Positions 12,850 through 21,666 of a DNA stretch of 64,000 nucleotides are shown here, piece by piece. The stretch is taken from the NCBI RefSeq assembly GCF_018350175.1, contig NC_058368.1, forward strand, positions 178,190,001 to 178,254,000, read 5' to 3'. Position 1 is the first letter of the stretch, and every line of letters begins with the position of its first letter. Source of the stretch: Felis catus. Lineage: Eukaryota. Position numbers and translations under genes: made by a program. The notes under the pieces were generated by a model. That model worked only from the letters and a program-made list of their open reading frames with translations, was not told the DNA's origin and ran no database searches.

Positions 12850-13740
12850 GGCAATAGGAGTAATTGTCCAATCTGGTCATAAATCTGAATTAGTAGGGGT
12901 AGTTTCCCTGAATTGTTATTTCTCCCTGACAATCAGGGTCAATGACTCCCCCTAACACTTGTGTTCCTTTTGAGGCTAACCCTGACCTTCACATGAAGTG
13001 TCTGGTGGGCAGCCTGTGGGTATGGTTTGTTGACTTAGTATTTAGTCTTATTTATTTTATTTTTTAAAATAATTTTTTTATTTTATTAAGAATTTTTTTC
13101 AATGTTTATTTATTTATTTATTTGTTTATTTTTGAGACAGAGAGAGACAGAGCATGAACAGGGTAGGGTCAGAAAGAGGGAGACACAGAATCTGAAACAG
13201 GCTCCAGGCTCTGAGCTGTCAGCACAGAGCCCGACGCGGGGCTCGAACTCACGGACCGCGAGATCATGACCTAAGCCGAAGTCAGCCGCTTAACCGACTG
13301 AGCCACCCAGGTGCCCCAATGTTTATTTATTTTTGAGAGACAGAGTGTGAGTAGGGAAGGGGCAGAGAGAGAGGGAGACACAGAATCCGAAGCTGTCAGC
13401 ACAGAGCCCGACGCAGGGCCTGAACCCACAAACTGTGAGATCATGCCCTGGCTGAAGTCGGACACCCAACCGACTGAGCCACCCAGGCGCCCCAAAGTAA
13501 TTTTTTAAATTTTATTTATTTTAGAGAGAGAGAAAGATTGAGAGAAAGGGGAACAGAGGATCCGAAGCAAGCTACGCGCTGACAGCACAGAGCCTGAGTG
13601 GCCGGTGAACTCATGAACGGTGAGATCATGACGAGCAAAGTGGGAGATTTAACAGACTCAGCCACTCAGGCAGCCCTTAGTCTTATTTCTATTAATGAAT
13701 GCAAGCCTGCACCGACTGATTCAGGTGTGGCCCCTATAGG
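12850..13740 (-). pseudogene. Outer ERV dUTPase remnant, split by a SINE cluster
   Basis: Hand translation gives ATPESVGAGL (motif 1-like, ~13700-13735), RSGLASKGTQVLGGVIDPDCQGEI (motifs 2/3, 12916-12988) and DQIGQLL (motif 4). Confidence 0.75.
13054..13676 (-). repeat. Three nested SINECs
   Basis: Three SINE bodies; outer TSD ttagtcttattt. Confidence 0.9.
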
Positions 13741-13799
13741 GGAGTTTGGCTTCATTTGATATTTTCAGCAAAGGGATTCTGGGCCATAGCATTTGTTTA

Positions 13800-14818
13800 C
13801 ACTGGTCACTTGTAAATTATGGGTTTTCATTCATCCAATTGGAGTTTTATTTCCACCAATGAGTTGATTGTTTACACTTTTTAATGCTTCTATGAAGTGT
13901 TGCTTCCAATTTGTTAAAGAGCCAGTACCCAGACTTTTTAGCTGTTGTTTTAACATATCATTCATTTATTCTACTAGTCCAGCCGCTTGTGGATAGTAGG
14001 GAATGTGATAAATCCATTCAATGTTACAAGAAGCAGCAAAAACCTTTACCAACCTACCTGTAACATGGGGGCCATTATCACTCTGGATCTGTATTGGGGT
14101 GCTGTAATATAATAAAATTATTTCTAATGTTTTGATAGTACTTTGTTGAGTTGCATGTGCAAAAGGACATGCCGCCATATACCCAGAATAGGTGCCAACA
14201 GCAATGCAAATATATTGACCTGATTGGGACCATGGTAAAGGCCCATATAATCAATTTGTCAAATTTGCGCTAGGAATTTTCCTCACCGGATTTGTCCTTT
14301 ATAGTGCTGGGGGACCTCCCGTTTATGCCAAACCTGCCATATGGGACGTTTTGATATAGTTTCTTTAATTGCATCCTGAGTGATAGGAATCCCACGGTCC
14401 TCGGCCCATCTGTAAGTAGCCTGCTCTCCCAAATGTCCACATTTTTCATGAGCCCATAATGCCAGTCCGTAGTCAGAGGATGGTTCCAGAATTGTCACTG
14501 CAATGTGTGCTAGAGAGTCTGCTACTTTCTTGAAGTTTCGTTCTGCAGAAGTAAGCATACTGTGAGGATCTACATGAAAAACAGTGATTTTGGCATTTTG
14601 TCCCATTGTAAATTATCTTCCCAGAGAGGGCTTTTCTTACATTGCCTTTCTGGTAGCTGTCCATCTGTGTTTTTTCAAATGGGCCATCCATACTTTCAGC
14701 CCATTAGCAACAGACCAAGAGTCAGTAAATAACATTGCCCTCCTTGTTCATATTTTATGGCTTAATAAACAGCCAACTATTCATTCCTTCTCCCTGAGTC
14801 TGAAGGTCTTTTTCTGAC
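13800..14818 (-). pseudogene. Outer ERV pol remnant (RNase H and integrase)
   Basis: TDSWSVANGL (RNase H), WAHEKCGHLG (HHCC), IQSDNGPH and HIPYYPQAAGLVE (DDE core) in shifting frames. RT is absent. Confidence 0.85.
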
Positions 14819-16499
14819 ATGGGTTAATATAGTTATTAGCAAGATTTAGCTCCTTTACCATTGAGAAGTTTTAAGTTTAACTAATCAAAGACTTGATAAA
14901 GACCAAACATAGAAACTGGTTTTCCCGGACAGATAAAATTTCCTTCCGAAGAGCAAACCAGCAATCCAAGAAACCTTGTCTTTTTAACAGAGAGCAAAGC
15001 AGAATTTTAATCTTATACCAGTGTACTTTTAAAATCTATTTATTTTAACCTTTGTCTGTCCTGAACATACATAAAATTCCTTTCCAAAAGTTTCCTTCAC
15101 AAGCCTTCTACAGCTTTTTGTTGCATTCAGATTTTGTCCCAAGCCATTTCTCTCCAGTCAGTCCCATTTAAGGACAAAATTACTTTCTTTTACCTTCAAC
15201 AAAAGTGTATTTTTATTCCTTACAACTTTCTTACCTGTCTCCCACTTTTCTACGTACAGAGTTACTTTTCTTATTCCTGTCAGTCTTAGAAACCTTAGTC
15301 TCCAGTGAAAACTAGCTAGTCACCAATTGTGAACGGTTACACCAGAATTCTTTAGACAGCAAATGCATGAAAGCACAAAGCATGTTTTTTCCAACAGATT
15401 TAAATATCCTTAGTTTTTCTTTGCAATAAGAAGTCAAAAGCACAAACCTATGTTCAGCAATCAATGCTTTAGTATTTTATCCTATCTGGAAAAGACCTAG
15501 ATGTTCAATGAATTCAATCCCATTTATCATGCAAGCAAAACTTTAAAGTTTCAGGTTACCAATGACTTTGAAAGCTATCTTAACAATTACCTATGACAAC
15601 TTGGAGATAGAATTAATTATTACTTTAAGTCATCTTTTTGCTAACAAATTGCAGAGATAACGCGAGCTTATTTGAGCTTCAGCAAACCTAGACAGAATAG
15701 AAGTTATATATTTAATGCATAACTCTAAAGACAGGTCCATCTTAATTAAACCAATGAACTTAAATTAGTCTAAATACCAAATTATGTTCCACCTGGGTTC
15801 ATTTAAAAGTCAACCAACTTCAAGGCACTGAGGAAGGTATTATAACCAGTCATGCAGGCCACACCCTAACGCCCTTGCAGAAACAGGAGGAGGAGAAGGG
15901 GAAGGCAGAGAGGTCAGGTGCCCCCAGGAAGACTGGAGGCAGATAAAAATCCAGAGGGCAGAGAAAGAGGTCTTCCGGTCCTAAAGCCTGTCATCTCAGA
16001 CAGATGAGCAGACACAGTGTTTTGGGTTCCCCCCCCCCCCCGCCCCCACCGCCCGCCCCGCCCAACAAGTGGAATTAGACAGTCCGAGTCAGTCCAGAGA
16101 AGACAGGGAGCTTCCTGAAACAAAGGGAGTTTCGGCAGCTACTTGGGAATGTTCCTTAAAGTCCCATAGACTAATCACAGTTAGTTCCAATTATTATAAC
16201 CATTATCCCAGAGAATGAATGAGGGAGAGGCCCCCACATCTATTAGGAGGAAGAACAGTGTGAGAGAGAGGGTCAGCATTCCCTTCATCAGGGATGGCCT
16301 GTTTCCTCCTATAACCTGGGTTCCATCCGGAGAGGAGATTGGACTCTACTCCCTTCCTGATTGTCTTCCTGCCACTCTAGGCAGCAGCACGGAGAGAATG
16401 GGTTTGAGCGGGTGAGTCTGTTTCTCATGTTTATGCTCATTGCTCCAGTCCATTCCTGTTTTATCATCATCTCTGGTATCACTAGGCATCAGGGTCCCA

Positions 16500-16990
16500 A
16501 CCCGGTCCAAAAGTTGCCAGGGCTAAGTGAACTTTTCTGGTATTAACCTTTCTCTTTCTCCTTTTTTTTTTTTTAAAAAGTATTTATATTTAAATACCTG
16601 CATGGCAGCCTTTCTGGCCCCATGGTGATATGTGTGGACTTCGTCCGCCAATATGAATGTTGGGCATTGCAGCATAGCCATTCTGGACTGCAAATCTGCA
16701 ATCTCCTTCTTTAGTCTTACTTCTTCCTGACACTCAGCCCTACTCCCTGTGGCACAGCGACAGGCTGTCAAGAAGCACCATCCCCCACGCTCCAGGAAAG
16801 CCACAGGGTCCTTACCAGCAACAGACTGGAGTGCCGCCGTAACCTGCGGAGGTTTAAATGATTTTAGTTTTGTTCCCCCATTGTTCACATAACCCTGCTC
16901 TCTCTAACCATTCTTTTGCTAGAGAACAAAACCGTGGGTCTTCCCAGCTGAGAATTTCCATGTGCCGGTTTGAGTTTCCTTGTGGAAACA
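16500..16990 (-). pseudogene. Outer ERV gag N-terminal remnant
   Basis: Lies directly after the PBS; fragment ...ERGGWCFLTA... is followed by a coiled-coil-like stretch, reminiscent of class III gag; frameshifted. Confidence 0.5.
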
Positions 16991-17007
16991 GAAATGGCGT
17001 CTCGTGC

Positions 17008-17025
17008 ATCCTGCCAACTTTGCCA
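17008..17025 (-). promoter_or_regulatory. Primer binding site, tRNA-Ser-like (outer ERV)
   Basis: Minus-strand TGGCAAAGTTGGCAGGAT versus tRNA-Ser PBS TGGCGTAGTCGGCAGGAT (15/18); 4 nt from the LTR end. Confidence 0.75.
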
Positions 17026-17029
17026 ATTT

Positions 17030-17184
17030 TGTTCTGAGTAAATGTAGTTCCTGATCGCTGCAGTTTCTGTTTCATAGAGGAAGGCTTTATTAATTAAAAG
17101 AAAGAGGGAATATAAGGAATTAAGTGATTATAGTAAACACAGAGAGGGAGAGAAGTAGAGAGACGAACAAAGAAGGGTTAATAC
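17030..17184 (-). repeat. Outer ERV 5' LTR, R/U5 part
   Basis: tgttctgagtaaatg...agaagggttaatac is homologous to 10875-11028; contains AATAAA (minus strand) at 17086-17091. Confidence 0.85.
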
Positions 17185-18300
17185 TGTCGCAGGATTCTTT
17201 ACCTCAAAACCTGGGGTTCATGTCTCCGCACTTCAAAGAATGAAGAGGTGGACACAGAAAAGAATGAGCAGCAGACAAAAGTGTATTAGAGTAGAAGATC
17301 TGAAAGTAAGAATAGTATTGATGGGGTTTTGGAGTGGTGGGGGATCAGAGCTGATGGCCAAGAAAGAATTCTTGAAGACATCTTTGGTGCACAAAAGGTG
17401 ACTTTATTAAAGCATGGGGACAGGACCGGTGGGCAGAAAGAGCTGCATTAGGGTTGTGAAGAGTGACTGGTTTTATACTATGGAGTTGGGGGAGGTAAAG
17501 TCAAGAGGAAGTTTCTTAAAGGAATTTCCATATGCTAAAGACTCACAGATTACTGGAGGCCTAGCTATTGTCAAGCTAAGGTTGTTATTCCTGTCTAGCA
17601 AATCATTAACATTAAGACAGTAGGGAGTTCCTGGACATCAGGCTATTGATAAGATTGTCTTTTTCTTGTAATTGTACTAAGATATTTGTAAACTGATGGA
17701 GACTCTATCAGTTTAATCACTTGTTTTCTGTCCATTCCTTTGTTCTTGGGCAGCCAGGAGTGCCTGAGGAAGAGCACACATCCCACCTTGAGTGGGGGGT
17801 GTGCCAGCTTGGGCCTGGCCCTCAGCTTGCCTTGTGCTCACTCATCAGTGTGAAAGCTCTCTTTGCTGAGAGGGGGCATTCGAAGGTGAATACCTGAGAC
17901 AATAGACAAGGGTCTTTGTTTTATAAAGTTCTGCTCGACCCGCTTTGTTCCTTCTCAAGTTCCAGCCTTACTGGCCAGATAACTCTAGGTGCTGGGTTGT
18001 CCGTTCCTGATTGGCTCCACTCCATTGTGTGAGGAGTCAGACTATGGTCACATTGTCCCTCATATGATGTAAGTTTTATGGTTTACTTATTTTAGTTAGG
18101 CATTTTGATGGTCAAATTCCTGAGAGGAACCTGAGGGGAGTAGGTGGTGTTTTACATTCTTAAGAGGAGCCCTATGCCTGGGAGGATTTGCTGTGGTCAG
18201 AGCTCCCAGCATTGTTCCAAAATATGTGTTTTTCCCACCCAGGGGCCTCAGGTTCTAACTTTTCCCTCTCTGCCTATTTTAACCTATCTTTTCCCTATCA
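17185..18300 (-). repeat. Inner ERV 3' LTR (interrupted by a solo LTR at 17319-17847)
   Basis: tgtcgcaggattctttacctc...ctatca; preceded on the minus strand by the PPT. Confidence 0.92.
17319..17847 (-). mobile_element. Solo LTR of a third family inside the inner 3' LTR
   Basis: TGATG...CATCA termini; 4-bp TSD gtat/gtgt; absent from the 5' LTR; AATAAA (minus strand) at 17403-17408. Confidence 0.85.
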
Positions 18301-18313
18301 TATTCCCCCTCTG
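18301..18313 (-). other. Polypurine tract of the inner ERV
   Basis: Minus-strand AGAGGGGGAATA immediately precedes TGATAG of the 3' LTR. Confidence 0.85.
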
Positions 18314-18470
18314 AACACGTGACTCCTAACTGCCATTAGGAACTGGGACGACGACCAATCTTAACTGCTTCCTGCTGAAGGGGGGCGATGACAGGGGAAG
18401 GGCAGTCAGGGCAGGTTCAGAGGTCAATCCAGATGTCTAAAATAATGGGAGGGTGTTTGGAACCTCTGGG

Positions 18471-20510
18471 CTAGCAAAATTTCTTGGATGTCTTATTTTT
18501 CTGGCGTATGCGACAGCATCTACAAATGACATATAAAAAGACTATCAGACCAACAAGCATCAATATTCCAAATGCAATGCCTCCCAGGGAAGAAGCCACA
18601 CCATGGGAAAGAAAGATGCATTGTAGCCACCCAAAATATCTCTGGCATGTCTGGTCATATTGTTTTATGAATTTGTCAATAGTTTTTCCTCCCTCTTCCA
18701 TATTTGTTTCGATCTCGTGATATTGTTGATTAGAATAATTAAGCACCCGAATTAGTTCATGGCCCTCAATCCTCAATTCCTCCTTTGGCCATCCAGTTTC
18801 CATAGGAACAACTCCATGAGGCATATTTAATTCTATTTCAAGGAAAGATTGATCTTTGATATCCAGATTACTGTAAGTCTTGTTACTCTTTTGTAAATGT
18901 ATTCGACCAACTGTTCCAGTGTTGCACCATACTCCAGTATGATTTAGTACATGATACATATGCTCACAGGTAAAGCTCTCTGTGTCAGCTATTTCCCCTT
19001 GTTTACCTTCCCAGCAAAACTTCCCTCTACCCATGTACCAAATGCTATTGGTTATTGGGATAGAGACGAGGGGCCAGACCTGAGTGAAATCAGGGCTCCA
19101 TGTTTGTTGAGGGCACAGCCAGATTTTATTTCTCTCTTCACAGTTTGAAAGAGATATGGCAGCCCAAGCTGACTCATTTGGCATTACAGCCCATCGACTC
19201 CCCACTGGCAAAATCCTTGTCTGATTTAATATAGTCCCTATGCCTGCAAGCTGAACTATTGGATATGAATTAGCATGGTCCATCCGGGGCACATGTGCCT
19301 TTAAAAAGCAACGCCTCAAGTTACAGCTCCCATTAATAATCTTCCATAACTTGGGGCTTCCATACATAGGCCATAATTTTTGAGTTTCCACTTCAGCATC
19401 CATTAGAGTAGGCCATCGTCTCATAGCCACCTCAGATTCCATCTGATTTAACATGGTGAGCAATCCTTTCTGGGTTAGAATACATGCCCTTTCCCAGGTT
19501 TGAGTTTGGAAATGTCTTTGTAGGGTTTCTCTGGTCTTACTTATCCACCTTACTATGGACTCCTTTTCTTTTAAAAGAACTTCCCATCCTTTACCTTCTT
19601 CTTGAAACAAAGTTCCTTCAACATGCCCTATTTTTGATAAGGAATCCTTTTCTAAATTGTGTTGTTCTTCATTGGCAGCAAATTCCGCCTGCCCCAATAT
19701 ACGTAATCCTGTTCCTAGCCCTCCTATAAGGTCTTTTTTCGTTATCTTTTTGTTTTCTGGCCAGTGTTGTTGTATCCACCATAGGTGTTGTTTCCGTTGT
19801 AAATCTAAGGAGTGGGAACAATTGGGATAGTAAGTATCAACCCAAAACCTCTGGGTGTCCCAAGTTAGACTTAACAAAATCCAGGAGACTCCCAGGTAGG
19901 CTGTGGTTTGGGTTTGCCACAAAGGTTCCCAAAGCCTTCCGGGTCTAACTGTGATGTTTTCCATAGGCACTTGGGTCCACCATTGGACCTTTAAGAATAA
20001 TGTGTTATTAGCCTTCCAGCCGCATTGGCAGGGCAGGAGACTATGGGGACAAGCAGTACTATGGCATGTCACACATCCAGCCGCAATATCTCGGTCTTCA
20101 TAACCTGGGACCTTTTTAATTTCTTTATCATCTATATCTATGGCAATACAATGTATCTTTTTATTTGAGTTATATAATTCCCTTCCAGTTTCATTATTGG
20201 GCAAAATTTCAGCCCAATATTTATGACTTTGGTTTAATTTTATAAATAAGTAACCTGAAAAAGGTTGGCCCTTAGGTAAATTAAGGGTATGGCTATTATC
20301 CCAATGCCAAATTGTAAAATTGCCATATTCCAAGTCATATTTTATAACACGGTCTCCCTCTGTAAAAGTTAGGTTAGCTGCCTCAACCAAAGGGGTCCCG
20401 TCGTTCAACCCTAATAGTGGTGGGGTCGGTGGAATACAAACAGGATGTGTTCCTGAACCCCATAGGCATATTATTATTATTTTCCAATATATTGCATTAC
20501 TTATCTTCAT
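18471..20510 (-). CDS. Intact retroviral envelope glycoprotein, 679 aa (atypical, non-gamma-type)
   Basis: Uninterrupted ATG-to-TAG ORF between integrase and the PPT. Hydrophobic signal peptide, CVTC motif, basic site KKITKK followed by fusion-peptide-like DLIGGLGTGL, 13 ectodomain N-glycosylation sequons, TM anchor GIAFGILMLVGLIVFLYVI, CRCC and a short tail. Confidence 0.9.
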   Translation of the reverse strand: MKISNAIYWKIIIICLWGSGTHPVCIPPTPPLLGLNDGTPLVEAANLTFTEGDRVIKYDLEYGNFTIWHWDNSHTLNLPKGQPFSGYLFIKLNQSHKYWAEILPNNETGRELYNSNKKIHCIAIDIDDKEIKKVPGYEDRDIAAGCVTCHSTACPHSLLPCQCGWKANNTLFLKVQWWTQVPMENITVRPGRLWEPLWQTQTTAYLGVSWILLSLTWDTQRFWVDTYYPNCSHSLDLQRKQHLWWIQQHWPENKKITKKDLIGGLGTGLRILGQAEFAANEEQHNLEKDSLSKIGHVEGTLFQEEGKGWEVLLKEKESIVRWISKTRETLQRHFQTQTWERACILTQKGLLTMLNQMESEVAMRRWPTLMDAEVETQKLWPMYGSPKLWKIINGSCNLRRCFLKAHVPRMDHANSYPIVQLAGIGTILNQTRILPVGSRWAVMPNESAWAAISLSNCEERNKIWLCPQQTWSPDFTQVWPLVSIPITNSIWYMGRGKFCWEGKQGEIADTESFTCEHMYHVLNHTGVWCNTGTVGRIHLQKSNKTYSNLDIKDQSFLEIELNMPHGVVPMETGWPKEELRIEGHELIRVLNYSNQQYHEIETNMEEGGKTIDKFIKQYDQTCQRYFGWLQCIFLSHGVASSLGGIAFGILMLVGLIVFLYVICRCCRIRQKNKTSKKFC

Positions 20511-20688
20511 TCTGTGGTGTCCTTTTTTTGAAGATCAATATAAGGCTTTCTCCTGCTTCACAAGTCTACTTGGGCTCTGTGTTGTCCTGTTCTGATGGAA
20601 GAAACCACAGCTTAACTCCAGAGTGAAGAATCCAGGATAGCAGTAGGAGTTGCCAAGATTACCATATGTGGCCCCTTCCACACTGGTT

Positions 20689-20715
20689 CTAGAGATGGGG
20701 ACAAAGAAAGAAGGG
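20689..20715 (-). promoter_or_regulatory. Candidate env splice acceptor
   Basis: Minus-strand cccttctttctttgtccccatctctag| lies ~180 nt upstream of the env ATG at the end of integrase, the usual position in this ERV group. Confidence 0.6.
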
Positions 20716-21445
20716 TTTTCATGAATACTTGATTTCCTGGATTATATAGAGGAGACTGGTCATCCTGGAGTTGACATGCAGATAATTCCTGAAGAATCTG
20801 TTGGAATTTAGCCAAAGGAATTATATAGTTCATCAAATAAAATACTTCTTTATCGGCCAGCAAGTCATTAACAAGAAAAGGTCTTCCATAAAGAACTTCA
20901 AAAAGGCTTAGGCTTTTTTGTAGGGGTATTTCTAATCTGAAGCAAAGCAATAGGAAATAGAATATCCAGTTCTTAATTGTTTCTTGGGCCAGTTTTCTAA
21001 GATGCTTTCATTGGTCTTTTCTACCTTCCCCAAGAACTGTGGCCTCCAGGCACAGTGCAGATGATAATCGATACCCAGAGCCCTAGATACCCCCTCAGTT
21101 ACCAAGGATTTAAGGAGGGACCATTATGGCTTTGAAGGGATCTAGGGAGTCCAAACAGGAATAATTTCATTTATTAGTGCCTGAACCACCTCTGAGGCTT
21201 TTTCAGTCCTGCAAGGAAAGGCTTTGACCCAATGTGTATGTGTGAAGGTATCTACCCATACCAAAAGATATTTATATCCTTGTGTTTTTGGCATATGTGT
21301 GAAATCTATTTGCCAATCCTCCCCGGGATCATTTCCAATTCTTAGAAACCCTATTGGAGCCTGCAGGAGAAAGGGGGTTATTTCTTTGGCAGATTTTGCA
21401 GGTTTAGTAATATATTCAATAGTCTTATCTAAATTCCTTCCTGTA

Positions 21446-21666
21446 GGGGCGCCTGGGTGGCGCAATGGTTAAGCGTCCGACTTCAGCCAGGTCACGATCT
21501 CGCGGTCCGTGAGTTCGAGCCCCGCGTCGGGCTCTGGGCTGATGGCTCAGAGCCTGGAGCCTGTTTCCGATTCTGTGTCTCCCTCTCTCTCTGCCCCTCG
21601 CCCGTTCATGCTCTGTCTCTCTCTGTGCCAAAAATAAATAAACATTGAAAAAAAAATTAAAAAAAA
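21446..21666 (+). repeat. Young felid SINEC inside inner ERV pol
   Basis: Near-consensus with CpGs retained; TSD taaattccttcctgta. Confidence 0.93.

Noticed and set aside
20060..20080. CVTCH in env resembles a c-type heme-binding CxxCH motif
   Set aside because: A secretory-pathway viral glycoprotein would not meet mitochondrial heme lyase. It is better read as an SU CxxC or structural cysteines.
18471..20510. Assigning env to syncytin-Car1, FeLV/RD-114 env or Refrex-1
   Set aside because: Those are gamma-type or truncated gamma-type envs; the length, cleavage position and motifs here do not fit, so no symbol is given.
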